In this document: positions 36,930 to 49,119 of the stretch, in pieces | How positions within the stretch are numbered: position 1 is the stretch's first letter | How the letters are laid out: each line of letters starts with the position of its first letter | NCBI RefSeq assembly: GCF_006345805.1 | Contig: NC_043018.1 | Coordinates: 8,184,001-8,248,000, forward strand | Reading direction: 5' to 3' | Length of the DNA: 64,000 nucleotides | Origin: Octopus sinensis | Taxonomy: Eukaryota | Translations under genes and position numbers: made by a program | Notes under the pieces: model-generated | What the model was told of the DNA's origin: nothing | Seen by the model: the letters and a program-made list of their open reading frames with translations, nothing else | Databases searched by the model: none

Positions 36930-38895
36930 TTAAAAGAACATTTCAAATTTTTCAGATTTATTGTTGTTGTTGATGTTTTTTTAGCCCCAAGTCAGTCCTG
37001 ATCTAGCAGACCTATGATCAAAGACATTCCATCGTGACCACCCCCATCTTTTCTCAGACATAGTTCATCTCAAACTACATCATCCAATGTGTCTTCCTTC
37101 CCCGTCCATTTATTCTTTTTCCTAAGCTGGGAGGGTGTGATACAGGAGGTATTTGGCTGCTATTTCTAGCAGGTTGGGCTTACACATGCACACAGCAGCT
37201 GTCCCAGTCAAGTACTGAAACTCATTTGGGCTACTTTACCCTTTGTACCTTACTTTGAGGTTTTGTATTTATGGCTGAAGCCATCGAAAATATCCTAATA
37301 TGTTAAGTTGTAAGTTCTATTATTTCAAACCCTGACTGACCACTACTGGTCAAGCAGAGCTATGCAAACTAAGCTGATAATAACTTTGCTCAATTTGAGC
37401 CAAGAAGTGTGTTAATGTGGTTAGAGTGGACACAGGTCAAAGTAAGCAGAGCCTACAAAGGTTGCACAACTTGGACGATGAGTGCGTGTGTGTGTGTGTG
37501 TTGGCCTAAATGAAAGAGATGTAAGGAGTGATTACACTGAGCAAATGGACAGAAGTGGCAACAACCAACAGTGATGGGGGTTATTCAGGCAGTTGAGGGG
37601 AGATATTACAGCTGGAGTGGCAGAAACGGTAAAGAGATCGAATCTAATGAAAGGAGAGGGCCTTTTTTTCTTTATTGGCATGGCTATATAGGCATAGGCA
37701 TGGCTGTGTGGTTCGAAGTTTTGCTTCCCAACCACACGGTTTCTTCAGTCGTCCCACGACATGGCATTTTGGTTAGGTGCCTTCAACTATGACCTCAGGC
37801 TGTTCAAAGCCTTGTGAGTGGATTTCGTAGACAGAAACTAAAAGAAGCCTATCATATAGATGTATATCTATGTGTGTGTGTTTGTATGTGTCTGTCTTTG
37901 TGTTTGTGTCTGTCTCCCCCCCCCCAATTCCTTGACAACTGGTGTTGGTTTATATATGTTCCCATAACATAGGTGGCGAGCTGGCAGAAATGTTAGCACG
38001 CCGGGCGAAATGCATAGCTGTATTTCGTCTGCCGTTACGTTCTGAGTTCAAATTCCGCCGAGGTCGACTTTGCCTTTCATCCTTTCGGGGTCGATAAATT
38101 AAGTACCAGTTACGCACTGGGGTCAATATAATTGACTTAATCCCGTTGTCTGTCCTTGTTTGTCCCCTCTATGTTTAGCCCCTTGTGGGTAGTAAAGAAA
38201 TATATATATATGTTCCCATAACTTAGGAGTTTAGTAAAAGAGAGAAGTAAAATAGATACCAAACTTTTAAAAAGAAAACAAGTACTGGGCTTAACATGTT
38301 TGATTAAAACCCTTCAAGATGGTGCCCCAGCATGGTCACAGTCCAACTGACTGAAACAAAAGATAAAAAAGCTAACAATTTAGTCAGAAGAGGAAGGTTG
38401 GTGCTCATCCTTTTGTAGGGTTTCAAGACTAGTCTAGGGTGAAAGGGAAGAAGAACCTCGCATTGGCTCCCTGGTTACTACAATAAAAAACAGTGCATGG
38501 TTCTTGGTATCAAAATAGCCTGAAATTTGGGACCTGCTTCCAAGTGTAGATTCTACAAAAGGTACCCAAGGGTCAGGTGGAGGTGTTAAATGAGGTGGTA
38601 ATGAATTAAGTCCACAACACTGATAATTACTAATTAAGTCTGCTTCATCAGAGCTGACAACTACTCAGTATCAATTCACATGCATTGAAGCTGTCAGTGA
38701 CTTTTAAAAATGGTTGCATTTTCTTTCTTTTTGTTAATTTTTGAATTGTATTTTAAAATGATAATTTTGTTTGCCTTTTTTTCTTTGCACAATCTATTTT
38801 AATTAATTAATTTGGCTTCGTGAAAACAAATTCTTTAATTCTAATTTTTTTTAAATAAGATGTTCTGATAACTTAAATAAAAGTAGTAGTAGTAT

Positions 38896-38934
<39 letters not shown>

Positions 38935-39020
38935 CGGTAGTCTGAACAGTTAACATGTTAGACAATAGATAATGCTAATCGATCAATGTATGTCTTATTT
39001 ACCATTGTATGTACATACAC

Positions 39021-39064
<44 letters not shown>

Positions 39065-39159
39065 ACAATTGAGGGTAAAATTAATTAATTAATCAATTTC
39101 ACCAAGTGTTCAGTATGTAAAAGGACCATTTAAGGCGAATTCAAAATATTACATTATAT

Positions 39160-39514
39160 AATTAGGGCTTAGTAAAATAAATTACTTTGCCACATACTGA
39201 ACTTAGTAGAAATAGCAGCCAAAAAAAATTTTTTAGCCATTTCTACTACTTAAAGAAAATTTCTCTCAGATAATGTTTACTCCAGACAGCTCACGAAGGT
39301 TTGGAGGTAAATACAGAAAAATATCACAAGTACATAGATCGTTTGTACTTGTGATATTTTTCTGTATTTACCTCCAAACCTTCGTGAGCTGTCTGGAGTA
39401 AACATTATCTGAGAGAAATTTTCTTTAAGTAGTAGAAATGGCTAAAAAAATTTTTTTGGCCTGCTATTTCTACTAAGTTCAGTATGTGGCAAAGTAATTT
39501 ATTTTACTAAGCCC

Positions 39515-39519
<5 letters not shown>
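39160..39519. repeat. Near-perfect long palindrome (~175-bp arms, 9-nt spacer)
   Basis: 39160-39334 is the reverse complement of 39344-39519 apart from minor indels. Spacer TAGATCGTT. Confidence 0.95.
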
Positions 39520-39556
<37 letters not shown>

Positions 39557-39578
39557 CACACACACACATACATACATA

Positions 39579-40501
39579 CAGGGTGTCCATAAAGTCTCTT
39601 TACAATTTTAACATTTTATTACAAAGGCAGTTGACAAGATATCTTAACCAGATTTGTTTTATTGTAATAATTGTTTATTAAAGTTTTTTTAACTGTTATT
39701 TAATAGACCTCAATATGGGTACCATTAGTTGCTCGAAGCACTTCAAGACGGTACTCGATTTCTTGCCATGTTCACTGTAGGATAGCCTCATCAACAGTGG
39801 CAATGGCATTACGAATCCTTTGCTTCAAGTCAGCAATGTCCCGTATCTTTGTTTGATACACGATATCTTTTACATAACCCCATTAAAAAGAAGTCCAAGG
39901 GAGTGATATCTGGCGAACGCGGTGGCCGTGGAATTGGCCCATCCCTTCCAATCCATCGGTCTGGAAATGTTCGATTGAGGAACTGACGAACATGCCGTCC
40001 CCAATCTGGTCGTGCACCATCTTGCTGGGAACTGATGGTTGGTTGTAAATCAATCAGTTGTGGTGCCACATATTCGGTCAGAAGGTCGAGGTAAACATCT
40101 GCAGTACTTGTTGCCTTGTTAAAGAAAAAGGGATCAATTATTCGATTGCACATGATTCCACACCACACATTCACTTTTGGACTATCCCGTTGAAGCTCCC
40201 TAGTCACATGGGGGTGTCCTGATCCCCAGATTTTCTCATTGTGTCTGTTTAATTTCCCTGAAACATGAAACATCGCCTCATCACTAAAACAAACTCGCTT
40301 GAGGAATGCGTCATCCTCATTTTATAGGGGTTCAGTGAATCAGTTCCCTTCCATCAACAGAGTATCTGAAACACAAAAATTTAATATCAATAAAAACTTT
40401 AATAAACAATTATTAAAATAAAACAAATCTGGTTAAAATATCTCATCAACTGCCTTTGTAATAATTTTTTTAAATTGTAAAGAGAATTTATGGACACCCT
40501 G
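39579..40501 (-). mobile_element. Internally deleted Tc1/mariner element with DD41D (rosa-type) spacing
   Basis: ~110-bp TIRs starting CAGGGTGTCCATAAA with TA flanks. Catalytic fragment FSDEA...QQDGA...RSPDITPLDFF has 41 residues between the second and third Asp. The N-terminus is missing. Confidence 0.9.
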
Positions 40502-43500
40502 TATATATCTATATATAGAGTATGTGTTGAAGACTGAAGTTTATGGTTTACATTTATTTCTTTAGTTAGGATCATTTCAACACTAAATGGAAAATACATT
40601 TCATGAATGATCATCTGATCATTTAACACCCATTTTTTAATGCTAGCATGGGTTGGACGATTTAACTGGAACCGGTGGGCCGTAGAGCTACACCCGGCTC
40701 CAGTCATCCACTTTGACATGGTCTCTACAGCCAACCACTTGACAAAGTGTCCTGGATACTTTTTATGTGACACCAGCACAGGTGCTTTTAAGGTGAAAAG
40801 ACCACATGCATCTCTTCAAAATCTCTAAAGTAATTCTTTAGAAACTTTGTCTGAGGAAATGCACCATGGTCTGTCTACATTGTATACTCCATATAGTGTT
40901 ACACAAATGCAACCAAAGTATCAAATGCAAAACCATAAATCCCACCCTCCAACCTAATATACTGTTACCCCTGGAATTTCAGTCTGCGTAGACAGTTTTC
41001 TTTAGGATAAACAGCCTGCCCACACATGCTATGTTAACCAGCATTTACATGATTGCCCAGGAACCAGCTCAGATTTATTAACCCACCCCTATCACACACA
41101 CACACTCTAAAAAATTTTATTGAAGTTACATATTTTGTTTAATGTATTAATTAGTTAATTAATGTGCTAGTTTAATACTATGTTAATATATTTTATAATT
41201 TATGTTAATTTATTGTTTATTAATGTGTTAAGTTTCTGTGCTAATTAGTTTGTGTTTGTTTGTTATTGTGCTAATTGTTGCTGTGTGAATTTATTGTTGT
41301 GCTATTTTCTGTATTGTTGTGATAATTAATTTAATGTTGTTGCTAATTTATATATTGCTGTGCTAATTTGTGGCCGTGTCAAGGGATTTCCAACTAGCTC
41401 TGCAAATATACTTCATTTAGTCAAGCTTGCTTGGAGTTGCCTCAGTCCATCATGGCATCCATCAAGACCACGCATAATATTTGCAAGACAAGCAGGCCCC
41501 AGCATCCAGTCTCCCTCCATCTGTATATGGATAAAATTGTGAAGGAGGGAATTTCTACCTGGTTCTAATTAGTGGATAGGGAAATGACCTTTAGATATAG
41601 AGGTCAGCAGTAAATATGAAAATAAGCCATCCTTGACCAATTACAGGTTGCCCTTTGGTAAGGCATAGCACCTAGCAGCCACCTGGCCTAGGGTTTTAGA
41701 TGTAAACATGGGAAACAACAAGGTGGATATGATGTCTCGGTGAAATAGTCATTCATTGACCAGTGGTACCCATCTTGTGATGCTAGGCAGAGGAACCTCT
41801 GTGAGGTCAGTAACTTAAAATCACTGAATTCCTCGAGTTGCTGCTTTCATCTGCAGACCCAGCAACCTTGGATGTTGTTAGTTAACGAAAGGTTTCAGGA
41901 CACGAATAAAAAAATTAGGCTTTTAATGTTTCATCATCATCATCATCGTTTAGTGTCCGCTTTCCATGCTAGCATGGGTTGGACGGTTCAACTGGGGTCT
42001 GGGAAGCCAGAAGGCTGCATCAGGCCCAGTCTGATCTGGAAATGTTTCTACGGCTGGATGCCCTTCCTAATGCCAACCACTCTGTGAGTGTAGTGGTATC
42101 ACAGCTACAATTTCCATTGATTTTAATTATTTCAACAAGGCTTGGCTGTGTGGTAAGAAGTGTGCTTCTCAACCATGTAGTTCCAAGTTCAGTCCTACTG
42201 CATGGTACCTTGGATTAATGTTTTCTTCAATAGCCCAGGGCTGACTAAAGCCTTGCGAGTGGATGTGGTAGACGGAAACTGAAAACGCCCATCATGTGTG
42301 TGTGTTGTCCTCTACCAACATGCAACAACTGGTGCTGGTTTGTTTGCGTCCCCATGATCTAGTGGTTTGGCATGAGAAACTGGTAACATAAGGACTGGGT
42401 TGATTTACTCAACTAAACCCTTCAAGGTGGTGCCCCAGCTGGGCTGCAGTCCAACAAGGGAAGCAAATAAAAGGCAAAAGGCAAAATGTAACTAAAGAGA
42501 GTCAAGACTATTGAAAAGGTTGCAAGACGCAACGAAAATTTTAGGACAATAAAAATAAGAAATAAGTGGAAATTTTACCGATGAGTGCGTTAAATTATAA
42601 AGCACAAACAGAAAATGACTCTCCCCAGACAGAATATGCTTCAACACACAAACTCATATAAAGAATCTTGCAATCCAAAAACGAAATAGAATATAACTAA
42701 TAATTGTGAAATTAACAAGGTATATACGTTAGCGTATTTGTTGCATTTACTTCATTAAATTCTAATGAGCGATGCACATATGCCTCAACAGCCCCATAAC
42801 AAATACAAACATAACATTTGAACACGTGAGAAGTACAATGGACAATTTCTCTACTCTAAATTATTGTCTTAGATTGAGAAGTGGCATTGAGTGAGTTTCC
42901 TTTGAAAATGTTGGCTGGTGTTACTTGTTGTTGTTTTCATATTCTGAAAGAGAAAAAAGAAAAAACTGTTTTTACTATATACAACGCAGCTACTATTAAA
43001 AGAATGAAAGAGAATTTCTAGATTTTTTTTTGTCAGATGTGTGGCCCATGTGAATCTAAGTAAGCCACAAGCTAACTTAATCTTAGCTATCTGTCATCTT
43101 ATCCAGCACAATATTAGACTAGTGTCGTTTGGGTATAAAACGTAGTGTGTGGTTATTGTTTGTGGATAGAGAGTGATACCTATTTCTTTACTGCCCACAA
43201 GGGGCCAAACACAGAGGCGACAAACAAGGACAGACAGACGAATTAAGTCGATCATATCAACCCCAGTGTGCAAATGGTACTTAATTTATCGACCCGTAAA
43301 GGATGAAAGGCAAAGTCGACCTCGGCGGAATTTGAACTCAGAACATAACAGCAGACGAAATACGGCTACGCATTTCGCCCGGTATGCTAACATTTCTGCC
43401 AGCTCACCGCCTTTAGAGAGTGATACCAGGGAATACAAGGGAGCCTCTACGTGCTAGAAATAGCAGCCAAATCTCTCTTAAATCTCACTATTGATTTAAA

Positions 43501-43961
43501 AAGAAAAGGTCATTGGATATTGTAACTTGAAATACCCATTAGTCCATCAGCCCTGATCCAGTAAATTTATAATCAAAGATAAACCATCCAGTCTTTTTTT
43601 AAATGGTGGGAGTGTAATGTGAAGGACACTTGGCTATTATTTCTAGTAGTTCATATGACCATAAAAGTTCCCTTTTTAAAATGGTTGTTGTTTATGAGAA
43701 TGTGGATATGGATATCACATTGTATGTAGCTTCTCTCTCTTGGGGTGGATTTTTGGTGGTGTTTACTTTATATCACACTTTGTGATCAATAGTGCAGGTT
43801 TGGCTGTGTGGTCAGAAGTTTGCTCCCCAAGCACATAGTTCTGGGCTCAGTCCCACTGTATGGCACCTTGGGCAAGTGTCTTCTACTATAGCCTCAGGCT
43901 GACCAAAGTCGTGTGAGTGGATTTGGTAGACGGAAACTGAAAGAAGCCAGTCGTATATATA

Positions 43962-44001
<40 letters not shown>

Positions 44002-47000
44002 TTGTGTGTCTGCATTTGTCCCCCCCCCCCAAACATCGCTTGACAACTGATGCTGGTGTGTTTATGTCCCTGTAATTTAGCAGTTCGGCAAAAGAGACCG
44101 ATAGAATAAGTACTAGGCTTACAAAGAATAAGTCCTGGGGGTCGATTTTCTCGACTAAAGGCGGTGCTCCAGCATGGCCACAGTCACATGACCGAAACAA
44201 GTAAAATCGTATTATTACACCAATGTGAAATTCAAAACTAGAAGTGATAAATCTGCTATAATTGGGACAGCAGACTTGTAGACTAGACGTATGACATGTA
44301 GATTAGAGGTCAGTCGAAATTAGGACTTGATCAGTGAAGGGTCAAGAACAAGGGTTTTATGAGTGCATGTTCCTAATATTTTCTAGTTATCTTTTTAATG
44401 TGCTCTGAATTTGAATATGCTAATTATTGTGTTGTAATTTCTTTTTTGCTGTCTGTTTTTTTGCTGATATTCTCTTTGAGTTATTTATTCTTTAAACAGT
44501 TTTTAGTTTTCTGTGTCAACCATTGTACACTCTTGTACATTTATTTAATGATTTTTCTCATCTCTGCTTCAGCAAATACAGGTAAATAAGGCTATGCTTT
44601 GCTGATGAGGTTGTAATAACACTAAAACATGTTAAGAGTTGTCTTTACCAAAATAATGAAACAAAAGAGTATTGTTTGTTGACATTGTTTTGCAATTAAT
44701 TTTTTGATGTTCTTTGCATTGGATTTATCAACTCTTATTCGGTGGTTTTCAAACAGAAAAATACCAGGGCCCTCCCCAAATTGGCACCTCTCCCTTCCAA
44801 AATTGGCACACTTCCATACCATTGTTTTTTCACCCTTGTGTTTTAAGAAGTTTGAAAATTTGGAAACTGTCTTAATTTTTATTAAACATGGCAATTTGTG
44901 TTTCCAACCTTCAATCTTCATGGCCCACCCTCAGCCCTGACAAACATTGCACTAACTTAATATATTCTAAATCATTTATTAAGCAAGTAAAAGAAACCTG
45001 TTTGTATATTATAAAGTCATCATCATCATTGTTTAGCGTCCGCTTTCCATGCTAGCATGGGTTGGACGGTTCAACTGGGGTCTGGGAAGGCAGAAGGCTG
45101 CACCAGGCCCAGTCTGATCTGGCATGGTTTCTACGGCTGGATGCCCTTGAGTGTAGTGGGTGCTTTTTATATGCCACTGGCACAGGTGCCAGACGAGGGT
45201 GGCAATGGCCACGATCGGATGGTGCTTTTTACGTGCCACCGGCACGGAGGCCAGTCGGGGTAGCACTGGCAATGGCTAAAAACTTAGACTTTTAACTACT
45301 ACCACAAACGCCAGACAAGTGAGCCTCTATATGGACACTATATCTGCTAGAACTAGCAGCCAACTTTCAGATACCATATTGTCTAAAGAATGGAAGGACA
45401 CATTGAATATACAGAAAAGCAGGATGACCATGACTAGAAAGTCTTTGATTATAGGATTTTTAAGCAGCAACACCACTCCCTGCTGGCACACATACACTTT
45501 ATTTTGATTCTTGTCATAGTGTGATTGTTATCAACTGCTTTGTAGTGTTGAAGATGTCCTGTAGATGTTCTTGGTTTCAGGATGTTATCGGAGAGGGTAA
45601 AATTCAAAAGGATTAGGGCATTATACCCAAGGCCTTGCAATGCTAAAGGAACCTACTGATGGCATGTAAACTTACTCCGGTGTCATGCAAATGGCACCCA
45701 TGCCAGTGGCATGTACAAGCACCCGTTACACTCTCGGAATGGTTGACATTAGGAAGGGCATCCAGCCGTAGAAAACCATGCCAAGTCAGACTGGAGTCTG
45801 GTGCAGCCTTCCAGTGTGCCAGCCCAGTCAAACCATCCAACCCATGCCAGCATGGACAATGCCGTTCCCACTGTTTAATTAGTGATCTATTAACGATCTA
45901 AGATAGTGTAGTGATGGCTAGGTTGATTTGGAAACCAGATATTTAACCAAGAGTTTGGTGGATCTCATCCTTTTAACAGTAGCATCTAGTGTTCCATGGG
46001 CAATATGTATAAAGCTGGCTCTGCTGTTGTAAAGAACAGATGAGGGATCTGCAGCCCCTTGCTGAACAATCTACAGAGATGATTTGTTTATAGGGATTAA
46101 ATGTTTGTGATACTGGAAAGACTCAGAGATCATGGAAAGCGTATTCCCACCAGACATAATTCACTCAATCATTCAGATCTAGAATTGTAATTAGCTCTAC
46201 CTTTTATCTCAATACATTTAGAAACTGAAGGGGTAGTTGAAATCTCACCTTCAGTACTCTGCAGAAGAAAGAGATGTATTTTATGTCTGGCTGAGAAATA
46301 TAACATTCCAATGCATCTTATTAAGCAAAAACTTGAAATTCTGACTGTGTGTAGACATATGAACAAATTTCTCTAGGCAAATTCTAGTAGCAGAATAGAT
46401 GACCACACACACTATTCCAAACAAACTATTGACTATAGATACCTAACAACATGATACTGTAGTAATTTCTTCTCTTTGTAGAGAATATATGATGTATTAT
46501 TACTTCATCATATACTTACTACCACTATTTCTCAGATAGTAGTCTCTCTCATCTGTTATGAATGAGAAACAGACTGGTCATTTCTACACAGATATCCCCC
46601 ATCTACCCATCAACAGCTCACGAATCCTCCACTGCCCATACTCCAGCTGTTATTACTTGACCGAAGCTGACCTTTAACCCGTTAGTATTTAAACCGGCCA
46701 TATCTGGCCAAAGTAGTTAATCTGTTTTGTGTTCAAACTGACCAGATCCAGGCTCTCACACCTACCCTACAATGTTATTCTACATTAGGTAATTACACCA
46801 TCAACATCTTGAGGATATGAGATAATGCATGATTAATTCAAATCAATGTGAATCAATAAGCATTACATTTGATAGAATAATCAGAACACTAAAGGGTTAA
46901 AAATTGCTAATTCATCATATTCTGTGCTTAACATTCCCAAAAACCCCTGCCAGGTCCTGCAAGTTCTGTTATATATTTTTATTACTTGAAATATTGTATG

Positions 47001-47523
47001 TAGCAGTAAAGTCTTAGTAGTAACTGAATGAATCTTTATCTTTGAACATTATATGTGTGTGTGTGTGTGTGTATAAACAAAAAATGGGTGTAAATGCTCA
47101 ATAAAACTAAGGGAATTATTGTAATGTTTTTACACAAAGAGACAAAAACAAATTTTCATTTAAATAATTGTGAATATAAATGTATACATACATACATATA
47201 CACACACACACAGGTACAATGTTGATTATTTTGGAACCTTTGGTTCCAAAGCTTCTCTAAGTTATTGATTTTTTCCGAACTAGTGTTGGCCACCTTGGTC
47301 AACACACTCTAAATTAAATATTAAATTTACCTAAATAATTAAATGAAATACAGATACCTGTACATTAGAGCACATAATATGAAGTTCTGGACCATTAGTG
47401 TCCAAACAGAAAATTAGTGGTTGGCATTGTACCAGTGTGTTTTGTGTGTGTATATTAGATAGATTGTGTATAAGTGTATGTTTATAATGTATGTATAATG
47501 TAAATGTGTTTCCCTTCTTTCAG

Positions 47524-47628
47524 ACTTATGCTGCTGAAGGCAGGTTTACATTCACATCTCATTTAGCAGGTGAACATTTAGTATGTCTTCACTCCAATTC
47601 CTCTGCTTGGTTTTCCAGTGGTCAGTTG
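47524..47628 (+). CDS. TMED9: p24-alpha exon 3
   Basis: cttctttcAG acceptor and TTG|GTAAGT donor; 105 nt. Encodes [35 protein letters not shown] (second GOLD cysteine). Confidence 0.96.
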
Positions 47629-47977
47629 GTAAGTCCTATCAATTTTCTTTTATTTTTTTTTTATTCTTTGTTGTTTTTGTTTCTCCTTTTATTTCTTTTT
47701 CCCCATTTTCCTTTTTCCCGTCTCCACTTCCTTTTATGGTAATCTGACAGAATTGCTAGCATGTTGGGCAAAATGCTTAGCATTTCTTCTGGCCCTTTAT
47801 GTACTAAGGTCAAGCCCTTTCAGGGTCCTCTTTGCCTTTCATTCTTTTGGAGTCAACAAAATAAAGTTCCTAGTCAAATACGGGGGTTGATGTAATTGAT
47901 TTACCCCTTCCCCTAAAAATTGCTGGCTTTGTGTTAAAATTTGAAGCCACTATTATTATTATTATTATTATTATTAT

Positions 47978-48383
47978 ATGTTTGACTTTTGCTTTACATT
48001 TGTACAAGTTGGCTCCAAGTCTCACCCAGAGACCTCAAGAGACAACAAGTTGGAAGTTCATGTTGGTGTTATGCCTAGGGTGCCATGTATTTGGTTTTGT
48101 ACTTAGTGTTGTACTAGTGAATGCCTAAAAAACAATACGAAAATTATGTTTGTTTTAAAACTTGAGATTACAAAGAAAGTATTTTGTGTAGGATATGAGC
48201 AGTTCCCATGAGCACTATCTTTTGAATTTCTGCCATTTAGGGGTTTCCTGGTATCTGAGTTAGGTAGCAATCAGCCCCTTTTGCTATCATTCCCAGGGCA
48301 CCTATGACAACAAGTATTGTTTTAGTTTTCAGGTTCCACATTTTGCTGATTTCTATTTCCAGATTTTATATTTGCTCAGTTTC
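47978..48383 (-). mobile_element. 3' end of an R4/Dong-like (restriction-like endonuclease) non-LTR retrotransposon inside a (TAA)n repeat
   Basis: The minus strand reads KLSKYKNLEIEISKMWNLKTKTILVVIGALGMI...EIQKIVLMGTAHIL, with (ATT)n on both sides. Confidence 0.75.
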
Positions 48384-48972
48384 TATTATTATTATTATTA
48401 GTGCTGTGTGTGATTAGTGTTGGCCACACCTCCTTTTCATTCTTTTGGGGTCAACAAAGGAACAGTCAATCTCTGTTACCTTCTTAGTTACATTCTAAAG
48501 TTATACTGACCCATAAAGGCCGGTTTCATTGTATAGATTCCCCACCTGGATGGGATGTCGGTCTGTTGCAGGATTACTCACTTTTGCCAGCTGAGTGGAA
48601 TGGGAGCAATGTGAAATAAAGTTTTTTTGCTCAAGAACACTTGTTGCCCAGTCCAGGAATCAAAACCACACTCTTACGATCATGTGATAAATGCGTACAC
48701 ACACAATGGGCTTCTATACAGTTTCCTTCTATCAAATTCCACTTACAAGGCATTGATGAAACCAAGACTAGTAAAAGATACTTTTTTTTTTTAAGTGCCT
48801 GCAGTGAGATTGAACCCCAAAAGTGTGTGGTTGCAGTGTTAGTTTCTTAACCACACCGCCATGACTCATCCTTGCAAAATTGTTGACTTTGCAAATAGTA
48901 AAAAAAAAGCCAAACCCCCCAAAAACCAATTCTGTTCTTAAAATACTGACAAGGTTTGTTGTGTCTTTTCAG

Positions 48973-49119
48973 AGGGTCCATCTTGACATCCAGGTTGGTG
49001 AACATGCCATTGATTATACACAGATTCAAACAAAAGATAAGTTGAGTGAGCTGGAACTTCGAATTCGGCAATTGTTGGATCAAGTGGAACAGGTTACTAA
49101 AGAACAAAATTACCAACGG
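48973..49119 (+). CDS. TMED9: p24-alpha exon 4 (coiled coil)
   Basis: cttttcAG acceptor and CGG|GTGAGT donor; 147 nt. Encodes [49 protein letters not shown]. Confidence 0.97.
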
